Assembly (NCBI GenBank): GCA_963846575.1
Contig: CAWJWJ010000002.1
Location: 768,001-832,000 of the forward strand
Source of the DNA: an uncultured Nitrospiraceae bacterium
Lineage (GTDB): Bacteria; Nitrospirota; Nitrospiria; Nitrospirales; Nitrospiraceae
DNA: 64,000 bases
Direction: 5' to 3'
Part shown: positions 49,705 through 60,035 of the stretch, one piece after another
Layout: each line of letters starts with the position of its first letter
Numbering within the stretch: the stretch's first letter is position 1
Notes under the pieces: model-generated
The model's database searches: none
What the model was told of the DNA's origin: nothing
The model's input: only the letters and a program-made list of their open reading frames with translations
Made by a program: the position numbers and the translations under genes

Positions 49705-50586
49705 TTAGATTGCCGCGGTCGGTAGGGTTGCCTCAGCTCGACGGCTACCTCGAGTCCCGTTCCACCGAAGCCATCGTGGCACTCGTTCACCCGGCCGGCG
49801 GGTCAACCGCTCTAAAAGAAGCAGGACGAGGAAGGAGATGAGCAAAATCAGCACCGAGACGGACGTGGCGGCTTGGGGGTTATAACTTTCGATCTCTCCA
49901 TAGACATAGACCGACGCGACCTGCGTCTTCATCGGGATATTGCCCGCCACAATCACGATCGACCCGAACTCGCCAAGCGCGCGTACGAAAGTCAGGAATA
50001 TGCCCGTAAGCAGTCCGGGCAGGACCGAAGGAACGGTGACTTTCCAAAAGGTCAGCCAAGGGCTGGCACCCAGGGTGAAAGCCGCCTCTTCCTGATCCCG
50101 TTCCAGCCCCATCAAGACCGGCTGTAAAGAACGGATCGTAAAGGGCATCGTGACAAACAGCATAGCCAGGATGATGCCTGGCTGGTTGTACAGCACTGTC
50201 ATGCCGCCCTCCTGAAGCCAGGTGCCTAGCACGCTGGTCGGGCCATAAATGGCGGCAATCATCAGCCCGGCTACCAGGGTGGGAATCGCGAAGGGTAAAT
50301 CCACCAAGGCATTCAACAGCCAGCGTCCAGGAAATTCATACCGCACCAGCACCACAGCCGAGAGGGTACCAAAGATGGCGTTGATGGCCGTCGCAATGGC
50401 CGCGGTTTCTACGGTGAGCCAGAGGGCCGCCGCGGCCTGTGGGGCGGCCACGTCCTGAATGAAGCGGTCCAGCCCCGCCGCGATGGATTGCTGTGCCAGG
50501 GCCGCGAGCGGAACGAAGATCAGGAACAGCACATAGCCCACGGCGGTGGATCGCAGGGCCAACTGTAGGAGTTGATGAGAGGTCAC
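49705..50586 (-). CDS. cysT: Sulfate ABC transporter permease
   Basis: VRYEFPG, DLPFAIPTLVAG, GNIPMKT. Confidence 0.92.
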   Translation of the reverse strand: MTSHQLLQLALRSTAVGYVLFLIFVPLAALAQQSIAAGLDRFIQDVAAPQAAAALWLTVETAAIATAINAIFGTLSAVVLVRYEFPGRWLLNALVDLPFAIPTLVAGLMIAAIYGPTSVLGTWLQEGGMTVLYNQPGIILAMLFVTMPFTIRSLQPVLMGLERDQEEAAFTLGASPWLTFWKVTVPSVLPGLLTGIFLTFVRALGEFGSIVIVAGNIPMKTQVASVYVYGEIESYNPQAATSVSVLILLISFLVLLLLERLTRRPGERVPRWLRWNGTRGSRRAEATLPTAAI

Positions 50587-50599
50587 GCGATCGCTTCGC

Positions 50600-51670
50600 T
50601 CACTTCTTCCTGGACACGTCCTCGACGACTCTGGTCCAGAGGCCATGGGCGCCGAACAGTTTGTTGCTCACCTGCTCCCAACCGCCGAGGTCTGCGATCG
50701 TGAAGAGGCGAGCCGGTCGAGGCAGTGCTGCCGTTGCGGAAGGAGTGGCCTCGGGATCCAACGGACGGAATCCCAATTCGAGAAAGGCTGCTTGTGCTTC
50801 CGGTCCATGCAAAAACGCGACGAAGGCATCGGCGACGTCCTTGACCTTGTGACGGTCCGCATACTTGTCCACGACCGCCGCCGGATTTTCGATCCATACG
50901 GTTTCCGCAGGCACGATAATTTCATAGGGTCGCCCACTCTTCACGCGTGGCAACAATTCATTTTCATAGGTCACGATCACGTCGCCGACCCCGCGCTCGA
51001 ACGTCGTCACCGATTCCCGACCGCTCTTATCCATGACCTTCACGTTGCGCTGAAGGCGGGTCAGCAGGTCGACTGCCCAAGCATCGGCCGCCTGCGGCGA
51101 GACCGCTGTTCCCGCCGTCGGCTGCTCGGCCAATTTCAATCCGGCTCCATAAATTGCAATCACATCCCACATGGCGCCGCCGGATGTTTTCGGGTTGGGA
51201 TAGAGGACTTCCACGCCCGGGCGGGTTGCATCCTCCCAGCCTTTGATCCCTTTCGGATTGCCCTTGCGCACCCCGAGCGCCACGACCGATGCCGAAATCA
51301 TGCCGCCGTGAGGGGCCTTCCTCCAGTCATGCGAGATCATGCCGGCCTTGACGATCTGATCGACGTCGCCTTCGAGAGACAGCACGGCGACATCGGCGTC
51401 AAATCCTCCCATGATCGCCCTGGCCTGGGCACCGGATGCGCCGTAGGAACTGCGCACTCGCACATCCTGGCCGGTTTTCTGTTTCCAATGCCGTTGGAAG
51501 GCGGGGATGATGTGGCGTTCGTAGGCTTCTTTCGGAACACTATAGGCTGCAAGAATGAGTTCGCGGGTCTCGGCGGCCTGCACAGGTGCGAAAGACAGGC
51601 CGAGGACGGAAAACAAAATGATGAGCACCGCTGTCCAGGTCGTCAGTTTATGAACGGTCATGATGGGCAT
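50600..51670 (-). CDS. sbp: Sulfate-binding periplasmic protein
   Basis: SYGASGAQARA, PNPKTSGGA, YENE. Confidence 0.92.
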   Translation of the reverse strand: MPIMTVHKLTTWTAVLIILFSVLGLSFAPVQAAETRELILAAYSVPKEAYERHIIPAFQRHWKQKTGQDVRVRSSYGASGAQARAIMGGFDADVAVLSLEGDVDQIVKAGMISHDWRKAPHGGMISASVVALGVRKGNPKGIKGWEDATRPGVEVLYPNPKTSGGAMWDVIAIYGAGLKLAEQPTAGTAVSPQAADAWAVDLLTRLQRNVKVMDKSGRESVTTFERGVGDVIVTYENELLPRVKSGRPYEIIVPAETVWIENPAAVVDKYADRHKVKDVADAFVAFLHGPEAQAAFLELGFRPLDPEATPSATAALPRPARLFTIADLGGWEQVSNKLFGAHGLWTRVVEDVSRKK

Positions 51671-52109
51671 AGGATCCTTCCGCCTGCTTGGAGAGGGCAA
51701 ATCGACTCAAGGTGTAATGGTCGAGAATATTGGCAATGGCATCGCGCACTTCTCCCATGGCTTCCTGAAGCGGGCAGGAGGCCTTGGTGGCGTAAGGACA
51801 GTCCGAACACTTTTGATAAGCCGTCTTACTGACACAGCTTATGGGAGCCAATGGCCCGTCCAGAATCCGGATGACTTGGCCGAGCGTGATGTCTTCCGGG
51901 GATTTGATGAGGGCGTATCCGCCCCGGATTCCACGGCGGCTCGCCAGCAGACCGGCGCGTTTCAAGGCCAGGAGGATCTGTTCGAGGAACTCTACGGGGA
52001 TGTTCTGGCGTTCCGCAATCTCATGTCGCTGGAGGACAGGTCCGCCGTAGGTCTCGCAGAGTTCGAGCAGAGCCCGCAGGCCGTACTCACTTTTCTTTGA
52101 AAACTTCAT
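51648..52109 (-). CDS. Rrf2-family regulator (CymR/IscR-like)
   Basis: EYGLRAL, FLEQIL, SRRGIRGGY, DGPLAPISC; four C-terminal Cys. Confidence 0.92.
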   Translation of the reverse strand: MKFSKKSEYGLRALLELCETYGGPVLQRHEIAERQNIPVEFLEQILLALKRAGLLASRRGIRGGYALIKSPEDITLGQVIRILDGPLAPISCVSKTAYQKCSDCPYATKASCPLQEAMGEVRDAIANILDHYTLSRFALSKQAEGSYAHHDRS

Positions 52110-52265
52110 GAAGAATGAATTTGTCTAGTGAGTTGCTCAAGAATTCCCAGAATAAACCAGCCCGTGTTGTGATTCAAGCGTCTCGCGCAACTCAGAGGCA
52201 CAGGTCAGCATGGCCCGCTTATCGCCATGGTCATTGCAACCTATTGAAATCGGACGCTGTATTTC

Positions 52266-52295
52266 TTGACACCCTGTGACGGTTCTTGCTAGCTT
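52266..52295 (+). promoter_or_regulatory. Candidate sigma70 promoter TTGACA-N18-TAGCTT for glyQS
   Basis: Consensus -35 and TGn-extended -10-like hexamer. Confidence 0.5.
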
Positions 52296-52350
52296 CAGCC
52301 TGCTTTTCATGGGCCTTCATGAGCAGCCCGCTGCTAGATCTGGACATCCG

Positions 52351-53271
52351 GTGAATTTTCAAGAGCTCATCCTGACCCTGCATCGCTTTTGGGCCGACCG
52401 GGGATGTGTCATCCACCAGCCGTATGATTTGGAAATGGGCGCCGGGACCTTCCACCCGGCCACGTTCCTTCGTTCCCTCGGTCCTGAACCCTGGCGCGCC
52501 GCTTATCCGCAGGCCTGCCGGCGCCCCACCGATGGCCGGTATGGCGAAAACCCCAACCGCATGCAGCACTACTACCAGTATCAAGTGGTCTTGAAACCGG
52601 CCCCGGATGACATTCAGAGCCTGTACCTCGAGAGTCTCAAGCAGTTGGGTATCGACCCGAAGAAGCATGACATCAGATTCGTACAGGATGACTGGGAATC
52701 ACCCACGCTCGGGGCCTGGGGCTTGGGATGGGAAGTCCGACTCGACGGCATGGAGATTACCCAGTTCACCTATTTTCAGGAGATTGGTGGCATTCCGCTC
52801 ACCCCCATTACCGGCGAGATCACCTATGGGACAGAGCGCATCGCGATGTACCTGCAGCAGGTGGACAATGTCTATGACCTCTGTTGGACCGAGGGGGTCT
52901 CCTATGGCGATGTCCACCACCGCAGCGAGGTCGAGTTCTCACGGTACAACTTCGAGGAGGGGGAGGTGCCCATGCTCATGGCCACCTTCCAAGCCTTCGA
53001 AGGCGAGTGCAAACGTCTGCTGGACACCAAGCTCACATTGCCGGCCTACGACTACTGCATCAAGACCTCGCACATGTTCAATTTGCTGGACGCGCGAGGG
53101 GCGATCAGCGTCACTGAACGGACCTCATACATTGCCCGCGTGCGGGCGCTCGCGCGTCGCTGTGCGGAAGCGTACCTTGTGGACCGGGAGTCGATGGGGC
53201 ACCCCTTGATCAAACAGCCTGTTCACATTGGCAGGGGAGAGACTGTCCCTGCACCGGTTACGACCAAGTAA
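52351..53271 (+). CDS. glyQ: Glycyl-tRNA synthetase alpha subunit
   Basis: [34 protein letters not shown]. Confidence 0.97.
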   Translation: MNFQELILTLHRFWADRGCVIHQPYDLEMGAGTFHPATFLRSLGPEPWRAAYPQACRRPTDGRYGENPNRMQHYYQYQVVLKPAPDDIQSLYLESLKQLGIDPKKHDIRFVQDDWESPTLGAWGLGWEVRLDGMEITQFTYFQEIGGIPLTPITGEITYGTERIAMYLQQVDNVYDLCWTEGVSYGDVHHRSEVEFSRYNFEEGEVPMLMATFQAFEGECKRLLDTKLTLPAYDYCIKTSHMFNLLDARGAISVTERTSYIARVRALARRCAEAYLVDRESMGHPLIKQPVHIGRGETVPAPVTTK

Positions 53272-53291
53272 CACGCAAACCACTCGACGCC

Positions 53292-55466
53292 ATGCCATCA
53301 AAAAAACCCGCGATAAAAAAGTCTGTCGCTCCAAAAACTCTGCTCACGACGGAGTTGCTGCTCGAAGTCGGGACGGAGGAGCTGCCCTACCAATTCGTCG
53401 GCCCGGCCCTGCGCACCCTGCACCAGGCTGCTGAGACCATGCTGACCGAGCTGCGCATCGGCTACGGGTCAATCCGCACGATGGGGACCCCGCGCCGGTT
53501 GGTACTGCTTGTGGAACAGGTTGCGTCGCAGCAAGCTTCCGCCGTGAAGGAAGCCATGGGCCCATCAAAAGCTGTGGCATTCGATCAGGCAGGTCAACCC
53601 ACCAAAGCTGCTCTCGGGTTTGCCGCCGGTCAGGGAGTTCCGATCGACCAACTGCAGGTACGTCAGACTCCCAAGGGCGAGTATCTCTTTGCGGTGAAGC
53701 AGGAGAAGGGACAACCGGTCGCGGCTGTGCTAACGCAGCAGCTGCCGCAGCTCCTCGCCAAATTATCCTTCCCGAAAGCCATGCATTGGAATGAGACCGC
53801 GGTTCGCTTTGCGAGACCTGTGCGCTGGTTGGTGGCTTTGTGTGGGGGGAAGATTCTGCCGATTCAGTTCGCGGCGATCAAAGCCGGAAATGTCAGTCAG
53901 GGACACCGGGTGCTGGGTGCCAAGGCTTCCGGGGTGAAAGGCTTCACGGTGAAGTCGATCGCGCAGTACTTCAAGGATACTGAACGTCAGGGTGTGATCG
54001 TGAGTCAGGAACGGCGGCGTGCGATGATCCTTGACCAGCTGGCGTCCCTGGCCAAGGCGGCACGAGGGCATCTGCATCAGGACGACGACCTGCTCGAACA
54101 AGCGGTCTACATGGTGGAATACCCGCATACCATTCTGGGTTCCTTCAAGCCGCACTATTTGTCGCTCCCCAAGGAAATCCTGATGACCTCTATGAAGGAA
54201 CACCAGGGCTACTTCTCCCTGGTGGACCAGAAGGGCGCCTTGTTGCCGAATTTCCTCGCCGTCACCAACATGAAGCTGCCCAATATGCAGTTGATCCGCG
54301 AAGGCAACGAGCGGGTGCTGGCGGCACGTTTAGCGGACGCCAGGTTTTTCTTTGACGAAGATCGTAAGACGTCGTTGGGCATCCGGCTGGCGAAGCAGCA
54401 AGCTGTGACGTTCCACCAGAAGCTTGGTAGTCTGCATCAGAAAACGCAACGCGTCATCGCGATGGCGGACCATCTCGGCAGGCAACTCGGCGACGACCGG
54501 CTGATTCAGGATTGCCGGCGGGCGGCGGAGCTCAGCAAGGCTGATTTGCTGACCGGCATCGTCGGAGAATTTCCAACCCTGCAAGGCCTCATGGGCGGTG
54601 AGTATGCCAAGCATGACGGCGAGTCCGCGGCTGTCAGCGCGGCCATCCGGGAGCAATACATGCCTCGCGCGATGGAAGGTGAGTTGCCGGAGTCGTTGGC
54701 TGGAAAGGTCTTGTCGATTGCCGATCGGCTGGACAGTATTGTGGGCTTCTTTCTCGTCGGCCTGGTTCCGAGCGGATCTGAAGATCCTTTTGCCCTCCGC
54801 CGGCATGCCACCGCCATCGTGCGCATCCTGATCGAAAGTAACCTGCGGGTGAACATGGCTCAGGCCATCCGGCATGCGGAGGAAGCGCTGCGTGAGCAGG
54901 AGGTCAAGGCGGCCTCACAGCCAGTCAAGGGGGGTTCGCCGGATGTGATCGGGTTTCTGTTCGAGCGGGTGCGTTTCTATGGGAAGAGCGCACGACAGCT
55001 TCGTGACGACGTCATGGAAGCTGTGCTGAGGTCGGCCGATCGCCAGGTCATCGACCTCGTGGACCTGTTCGACAGGATGAAAGCGTTGCAAGAGATTACC
55101 CTGCGGGCGGAGTTTGATCCCTTGATCGTCGGGTTTAAACGCGCGCATCGACTCACCGAAAAGGAACAGTGGGATCGCCAACCGGTAGAGGTCGGGTTAT
55201 TTCGGGAGGCTGCCGAAGCCGCCCTGCACGAAGCGCTTCAGAAGAGTCAGGGGCAGTACTCCGCTGCGATGGCCGGCGGAAATTATGGGCACGCGCTCGA
55301 CGTGCTGGTTCGAATGAAAGGTCCCATCGACGACTTTTTCAATGCCGTCATGGTGAATGCCGAGGATCCCGCGGTGCGTGCAAACCGGCTGTCGCTGCTC
55401 AGAGGCGTCGATGATTTGTTCATGTCGTTCGCTGATTTCTCCCAGATTATGGTACAAGGGACTTAG
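53292..55466 (+). CDS. glyS: Glycyl-tRNA synthetase beta subunit
   Basis: EVGTEELP, TPRRL, GNERVLAARLADA, SEDPFALRR, NRLSLL. Confidence 0.96.
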   Translation: MPSKKPAIKKSVAPKTLLTTELLLEVGTEELPYQFVGPALRTLHQAAETMLTELRIGYGSIRTMGTPRRLVLLVEQVASQQASAVKEAMGPSKAVAFDQAGQPTKAALGFAAGQGVPIDQLQVRQTPKGEYLFAVKQEKGQPVAAVLTQQLPQLLAKLSFPKAMHWNETAVRFARPVRWLVALCGGKILPIQFAAIKAGNVSQGHRVLGAKASGVKGFTVKSIAQYFKDTERQGVIVSQERRRAMILDQLASLAKAARGHLHQDDDLLEQAVYMVEYPHTILGSFKPHYLSLPKEILMTSMKEHQGYFSLVDQKGALLPNFLAVTNMKLPNMQLIREGNERVLAARLADARFFFDEDRKTSLGIRLAKQQAVTFHQKLGSLHQKTQRVIAMADHLGRQLGDDRLIQDCRRAAELSKADLLTGIVGEFPTLQGLMGGEYAKHDGESAAVSAAIREQYMPRAMEGELPESLAGKVLSIADRLDSIVGFFLVGLVPSGSEDPFALRRHATAIVRILIESNLRVNMAQAIRHAEEALREQEVKAASQPVKGGSPDVIGFLFERVRFYGKSARQLRDDVMEAVLRSADRQVIDLVDLFDRMKALQEITLRAEFDPLIVGFKRAHRLTEKEQWDRQPVEVGLFREAAEAALHEALQKSQGQYSAAMAGGNYGHALDVLVRMKGPIDDFFNAVMVNAEDPAVRANRLSLLRGVDDLFMSFADFSQIMVQGT

Positions 55467-55480
55467 CGAATGGTGAGCCT

Positions 55481-55999
55481 TTGGACTCCACGTCAGCGCG
55501 TTTCTCTGAGCCGCCCGACGCAGAAGCCTCAGCCGAGCTAAGGGCAAAAAAGGTCCGGCGATTTGCGTCCGGCATCAGCGTCGTCATGATGGTGGTGTGC
55601 AACGCGGTATTTCTCTTCGGCATCTGGGTGACCGGCGTCAACTTCGAACGGCTGGTGCGGACACCGGATATTTATGACTCCAAACACGACATTTGTTTGC
55701 GGTTGGCCTACCGGCAGGTTCCCGGCGCGGCGAATCCCGTCCAGTTCTGTTCGGAGTGGCTCAACCTTTCGGATGAAACAGGAACAACCCATACTTTTCA
55801 GAAAGAAACAGAGATCAAGCAGGGTGCTGACGGCAAGTTCTATTTCGATTATGGACCGTTCGTGGACTACCGGCTCTTTGCGGTCGGCGCGTTCGTGGTG
55901 GGAATCATCGTGTGCGGCATTCGTGTCACGAGGCATCTCGTAAACCGCTACCGCATGCGATTGGAAGCCGCCGCCCGTCATTCGGTCCCGACTCATTGA
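55481..55999 (+). CDS. Two-TM hypothetical membrane protein
   Basis: Two hydrophobic helices flanking a loop with a Cys pair. Confidence 0.7.
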   Translation: MDSTSARFSEPPDAEASAELRAKKVRRFASGISVVMMVVCNAVFLFGIWVTGVNFERLVRTPDIYDSKHDICLRLAYRQVPGAANPVQFCSEWLNLSDETGTTHTFQKETEIKQGADGKFYFDYGPFVDYRLFAVGAFVVGIIVCGIRVTRHLVNRYRMRLEAAARHSVPTH

Positions 56000-56024
56000 C
56001 CTCATAGCAGAAGGAGAGCGTCGC

Positions 56025-58904
56025 GTGGCCAAGAAATACGTCTATTATTTTGGAGATGGCAAGGCCGAGGGCACCGGCAACATGAAAGAGCTCCTCGGCG
56101 GCAAGGGCGCAGGCCTGGCCGAGATGACGAACCTCAAGGTGTCCGTTCCACCCGGTTTTACGATTTCAACCGAAGCCTGCGTGGAGTACTACAAACGGGG
56201 CAAGGCTTATCCGCCCGGCATGATGGACGAGGCGCTGCAGGCGCTCAAACGGGTCGAGCGGTCTCTGAAGGCCGGCTTCGGCGATCCGGATAACCCGTTG
56301 CTGGTTTCCGTGCGGTCGGGCGCGCGTGCCTCGATGCCCGGGATGATGGACACGGTGCTGAATGTGGGTCTGACGACCACGACGGTGCACGGACTGGCGC
56401 TCAAGACCAAAAATGAACGCTTCGCTCAGGACAGCTACCGCCGCTTCATCGGCATGTTCGGCAGCATCGTGATGGGAGTCAATCGCGAGCATTTCGAAGA
56501 CATCCTGAAGCACAAGAAGCGGGATCTGGGCGTGACGCAGGACACGCATCTCGATGCCAAGGCGCTCAAGGAACTCGTGATCCGCTTCAAGGAACTGGTG
56601 AAGGAGGAGACCAAGCGGGATTTTCCTGACGATCCGCTCGAACAGTTGCGCATGGCGATCGATGCGGTGTTTTCCTCCTGGTACGGCGCGCGCGCCGTGA
56701 CCTACCGGCGACTGTACAATATCCCCGAGACGTGGGGAACAGCCGTGAACGTCGTGGCCATGGTGTTCGGCAACATGGGTGAAACGAGCGGGACCGGGGT
56801 GGCGTTCACGCGCGACCCGGCTACCGGCCAACGGAACTTCTTCGGTGAGTGTTTGACGAACGCGCAGGGAGAAGACGTCGTAGCCGGCATCCGCACTCCG
56901 CTTCCTGTCCGGGAACTCGAAAAGTACATGCCGCAGGCCTACAAGGATCTCGAAGCGACCTATAAAAAACTTGAACGCCATTACCGCGACATGCTTGATC
57001 TGGAATTCACCATCCAGGAAGGCAAGCTCTACATGCTTCAGACGCGGGTCGGGAAACGCACCGGTGTCGCGGCCGTTCGAATTGCGGTGGATATGGTGAA
57101 GGAAGGCCTGATTTCAAGGAAAGAAGCGCTGCAGCGCATTGGGCCTGACCAACTGTCGCAATACCTGTATCCGATTTTTGACGCGAAGGAAGAATCCCGC
57201 TGCACGGCGCTCGGAAAAGGGTTGCCGGCCGGTCCCGGAGCCGCCGCCGGGAAAATCGCGCTCACGGCTGATCGCGCGGTAGATATGAAGGCGGCAGGGG
57301 ACCGCGTGGTGCTCGTGCGGCAGGAAACCAGTCCCGATGACATTCATGGCATGAATGCCGCCTTGGGATTCTTGACCGCCCGTGGCGGCATGACGTCGCA
57401 CGCCGCGGTGGTCGCGCGACAGATGGGCAAGGTGTGCGTGGCGGGGTGCGATGCCATCGAAGTGGTGGACAACCAGACCGTGCGGATCGGTACCCAGACG
57501 TTTCGTGAAGGCGAGTACCTGTCGGTCAATGGCTCGACCGGCAATGTCTACGCGGGCGATATTCCCGTCGTAGAGTCCGAAGTCATTCAAGTGCTGCAAG
57601 GGAAAATGGAAGCCTCGGCGTCCGAAAAGTATCAGATGTTTGAATCGGTCCTAAAGTGGGCCGACGGGGTGCGCCGGCTCAAGGTCCGTGCGAATGCGGA
57701 CGTGCCGGATCAAGCCCGTATCGCACGGAGTTTCGGCGCCGAAGGAATCGGACTGTGCCGGACGGAACATATGTTCTTTGCCGAAGACCGCATCCAAATC
57801 ATGCAAAAGATGATTCTGGCGCGAAAACGCGAAGAGCGGGAAAGTTATCTCGACCAGTTGTTGCCGCTGCAGAAGCAGGATTTCATCGGGCTCTATCGTG
57901 AGATGAAAGGCTTTCCGGTCACGATCCGTCTGCTCGATCCACCGCTCCACGAATTTCTGCCGAAGCGCGAGGAACTCATGGTCGAGATCGCACAGCTGGA
58001 ACTGACCAGCGGCGCCCCATCGGTGCTCGAAGAGAAGAAGCGTCTGCTGGCCCGGGTGGAAGAGCTCCACGAGTTTAATCCGATGCTCGGTTTGCGCGGG
58101 TGCCGTCTGGGTATTACCATGCCGGAAATTACGCGCATGCAGGCCCGCGCCATTATCGAAGCGGCCTGTGAGCTGGCGAAAGAAGGGACCAGGATCGTTC
58201 CCGAGATCATGATTCCTCTGGTCGGCATGGTCTCGGAGATGAAGGCGCAAAAGGATCTCGTGCGGGAGGTCGCGGCGGAGACGATGAAGCGGTACAACGT
58301 GAAGCTCTCGTACCTCGTGGGGACGATGATCGAGCTTCCGCGCGCCGCCGTGACGGCTGACCGCATCGCGGAGGAGGCCGAGTTCTTTTCCTTCGGGACG
58401 AACGACCTGACGCAGACGACATTTGGATTCTCGCGTGACGATGCGGCCAAGTTCATCGACTTTTACAAGACCGCCAATATTCTCGATACCGATCCCTTTG
58501 CCGTGCTCGATCGGGAAGGGGTCGGATCACTGATGCGCACGGCCATCGTCGGCGGCCGCAAGACCCGTCCCGCCATCAAATTGGGTATCTGCGGCGAACA
58601 CGGCGGAGATCCGAGTTCCGTGGAGTTCTGTCATCAGTTGGGTCTCGACTATGTGAGCTGCTCGCCGTACCGGGTCGGAATTGCGCGATTAGCCGCCGCT
58701 CAGGCGGCCTTGGCCGAAGCTGAAACGGTGAAAACCAAGTCAAAGAAAGCCACGCCGAAGACAGCCACGCCGGCTGTCGCCCGGCGGAAAGCGACCAAGC
58801 CAAACGCCGGCAAGGCCGTGAAAAAGGCTGCGAAGCATGTGGCCGTGAAGGCTCGTCCCGCGAGCAAACGCGTCACCGGCCGCCCCAAGCGTACGAAACG
58901 GTGA
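56025..58904 (+). CDS. ppdK: Pyruvate phosphate dikinase with Lys/Ala-rich C-terminal tail
   Basis: GGKGAGLAEM, GGMTSHAAVVAR, GIGLCRTEHM, SFGTNDL, GICGEHGG. Confidence 0.97.
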   Translation: MAKKYVYYFGDGKAEGTGNMKELLGGKGAGLAEMTNLKVSVPPGFTISTEACVEYYKRGKAYPPGMMDEALQALKRVERSLKAGFGDPDNPLLVSVRSGARASMPGMMDTVLNVGLTTTTVHGLALKTKNERFAQDSYRRFIGMFGSIVMGVNREHFEDILKHKKRDLGVTQDTHLDAKALKELVIRFKELVKEETKRDFPDDPLEQLRMAIDAVFSSWYGARAVTYRRLYNIPETWGTAVNVVAMVFGNMGETSGTGVAFTRDPATGQRNFFGECLTNAQGEDVVAGIRTPLPVRELEKYMPQAYKDLEATYKKLERHYRDMLDLEFTIQEGKLYMLQTRVGKRTGVAAVRIAVDMVKEGLISRKEALQRIGPDQLSQYLYPIFDAKEESRCTALGKGLPAGPGAAAGKIALTADRAVDMKAAGDRVVLVRQETSPDDIHGMNAALGFLTARGGMTSHAAVVARQMGKVCVAGCDAIEVVDNQTVRIGTQTFREGEYLSVNGSTGNVYAGDIPVVESEVIQVLQGKMEASASEKYQMFESVLKWADGVRRLKVRANADVPDQARIARSFGAEGIGLCRTEHMFFAEDRIQIMQKMILARKREERESYLDQLLPLQKQDFIGLYREMKGFPVTIRLLDPPLHEFLPKREELMVEIAQLELTSGAPSVLEEKKRLLARVEELHEFNPMLGLRGCRLGITMPEITRMQARAIIEAACELAKEGTRIVPEIMIPLVGMVSEMKAQKDLVREVAAETMKRYNVKLSYLVGTMIELPRAAVTADRIAEEAEFFSFGTNDLTQTTFGFSRDDAAKFIDFYKTANILDTDPFAVLDREGVGSLMRTAIVGGRKTRPAIKLGICGEHGGDPSSVEFCHQLGLDYVSCSPYRVGIARLAAAQAALAEAETVKTKSKKATPKTATPAVARRKATKPNAGKAVKKAAKHVAVKARPASKRVTGRPKRTKR

Positions 58905-60028
58905 GGTCCTCCGCACGCGATCTGGAGTACATGACCTTGGCCCTCCGTCTCGCGGCGAAGGGCCGGGGCCACACCAGCCCCAATCCCATGGTCGGCGCAG
59001 TTGTCGTCAGTCGCGGTGAAATTGTAGGCCAGGGCTCCCATCGCAAGGCTGGTGGACCGCATGCTGAGGTCATCGCCTTGAGTCAGGCCGGCTCACGCGC
59101 CAAGGGCGGCACGCTCTTCGTCACCCTCGAACCGTGCAGCCACCTGAAGAAACGGACCCCGCCCTGCGTCCCGCTCGTCGTGAAGTCAGGCGTCCGCCGG
59201 GTCGTCGTGGCGATGGTCGATCCCAACCCACAGGTAAAGGGTCGTGGCGTTGCGCAGCTCACTCGAGCGGGCATGAAGGTCGAGGTCGGCTGTGCCGGGC
59301 CTGAAGCCGAACGGATGAATGAAGCCTACATCCATTGGGTACAGACCGGCCGCCCCTTCACGATCCTAAAAGCCGGAATGACGCTCGATGGAAAGATTGC
59401 GACAGCGGCCGGGGAATCTCAATGGATCACCGGTGAGCGAGCCAGGGAGCAGACCCACCAGTTACGCGCCGGTGTCGATGCGATCCTGATCGGCGTCGGG
59501 ACCCTTTTGCGAGACAATCCCTCCCTGACTGCCAGGATTTCTGCCGAGCCCTTCCGGCTGGCTACAAGACAACCGCTGCGCATCGTGGTGGACAGCCGGT
59601 TACGTACTCCCATCGGGGCTGCGGTCCTTCGGCAGCAAGAGATCGCGCATACGCTGATCGCCACGACCGCTGCGGCTTCAGCGAGAAAAATGGAGCTGCT
59701 GAGGCGGCGGGGCATCGATGTGTTGGTCATGCCTAAGGCAGGCGCCCAGGTCGATTTGAGTACCCTGTGGATGCGACTGGGGCAATTGGGCGTGACCAGT
59801 TTGCTGGTTGAAGGCGGAAGCGTCCTCAACGGCGCGGTGCTTCGGGCGAGGCTTTGCCAGCGGCTGATGTGTTACGTGGCGCCGCTGATCTTTGGTGGGC
59901 AGGATGCCAGGGGCCTGTTCGGAGGACGAGCTGCGCGCCGCCTTCGAGATGCTGTCGCGCTCAGGAATCTACGCATCGAGCCGGTGGGGCGTGATATGCT
60001 GATCCAGGCTGATTTTTCCGCTTCCTAG
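58901..60028 (+). CDS. ribD: Riboflavin deaminase/reductase
   Basis: SPNPMVG, HAE, TLEPC..PPC, TLDGKIA, VEGG. Confidence 0.95.
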   Translation: MRSSARDLEYMTLALRLAAKGRGHTSPNPMVGAVVVSRGEIVGQGSHRKAGGPHAEVIALSQAGSRAKGGTLFVTLEPCSHLKKRTPPCVPLVVKSGVRRVVVAMVDPNPQVKGRGVAQLTRAGMKVEVGCAGPEAERMNEAYIHWVQTGRPFTILKAGMTLDGKIATAAGESQWITGERAREQTHQLRAGVDAILIGVGTLLRDNPSLTARISAEPFRLATRQPLRIVVDSRLRTPIGAAVLRQQEIAHTLIATTAAASARKMELLRRRGIDVLVMPKAGAQVDLSTLWMRLGQLGVTSLLVEGGSVLNGAVLRARLCQRLMCYVAPLIFGGQDARGLFGGRAARRLRDAVALRNLRIEPVGRDMLIQADFSAS

Positions 60029-60035
60029 GAGCATC

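Noticed and set aside
50645..51832. 395-aa antisense ORF over sbp/rrf2
   Set aside because: Shadow ORF of well-supported minus-strand genes
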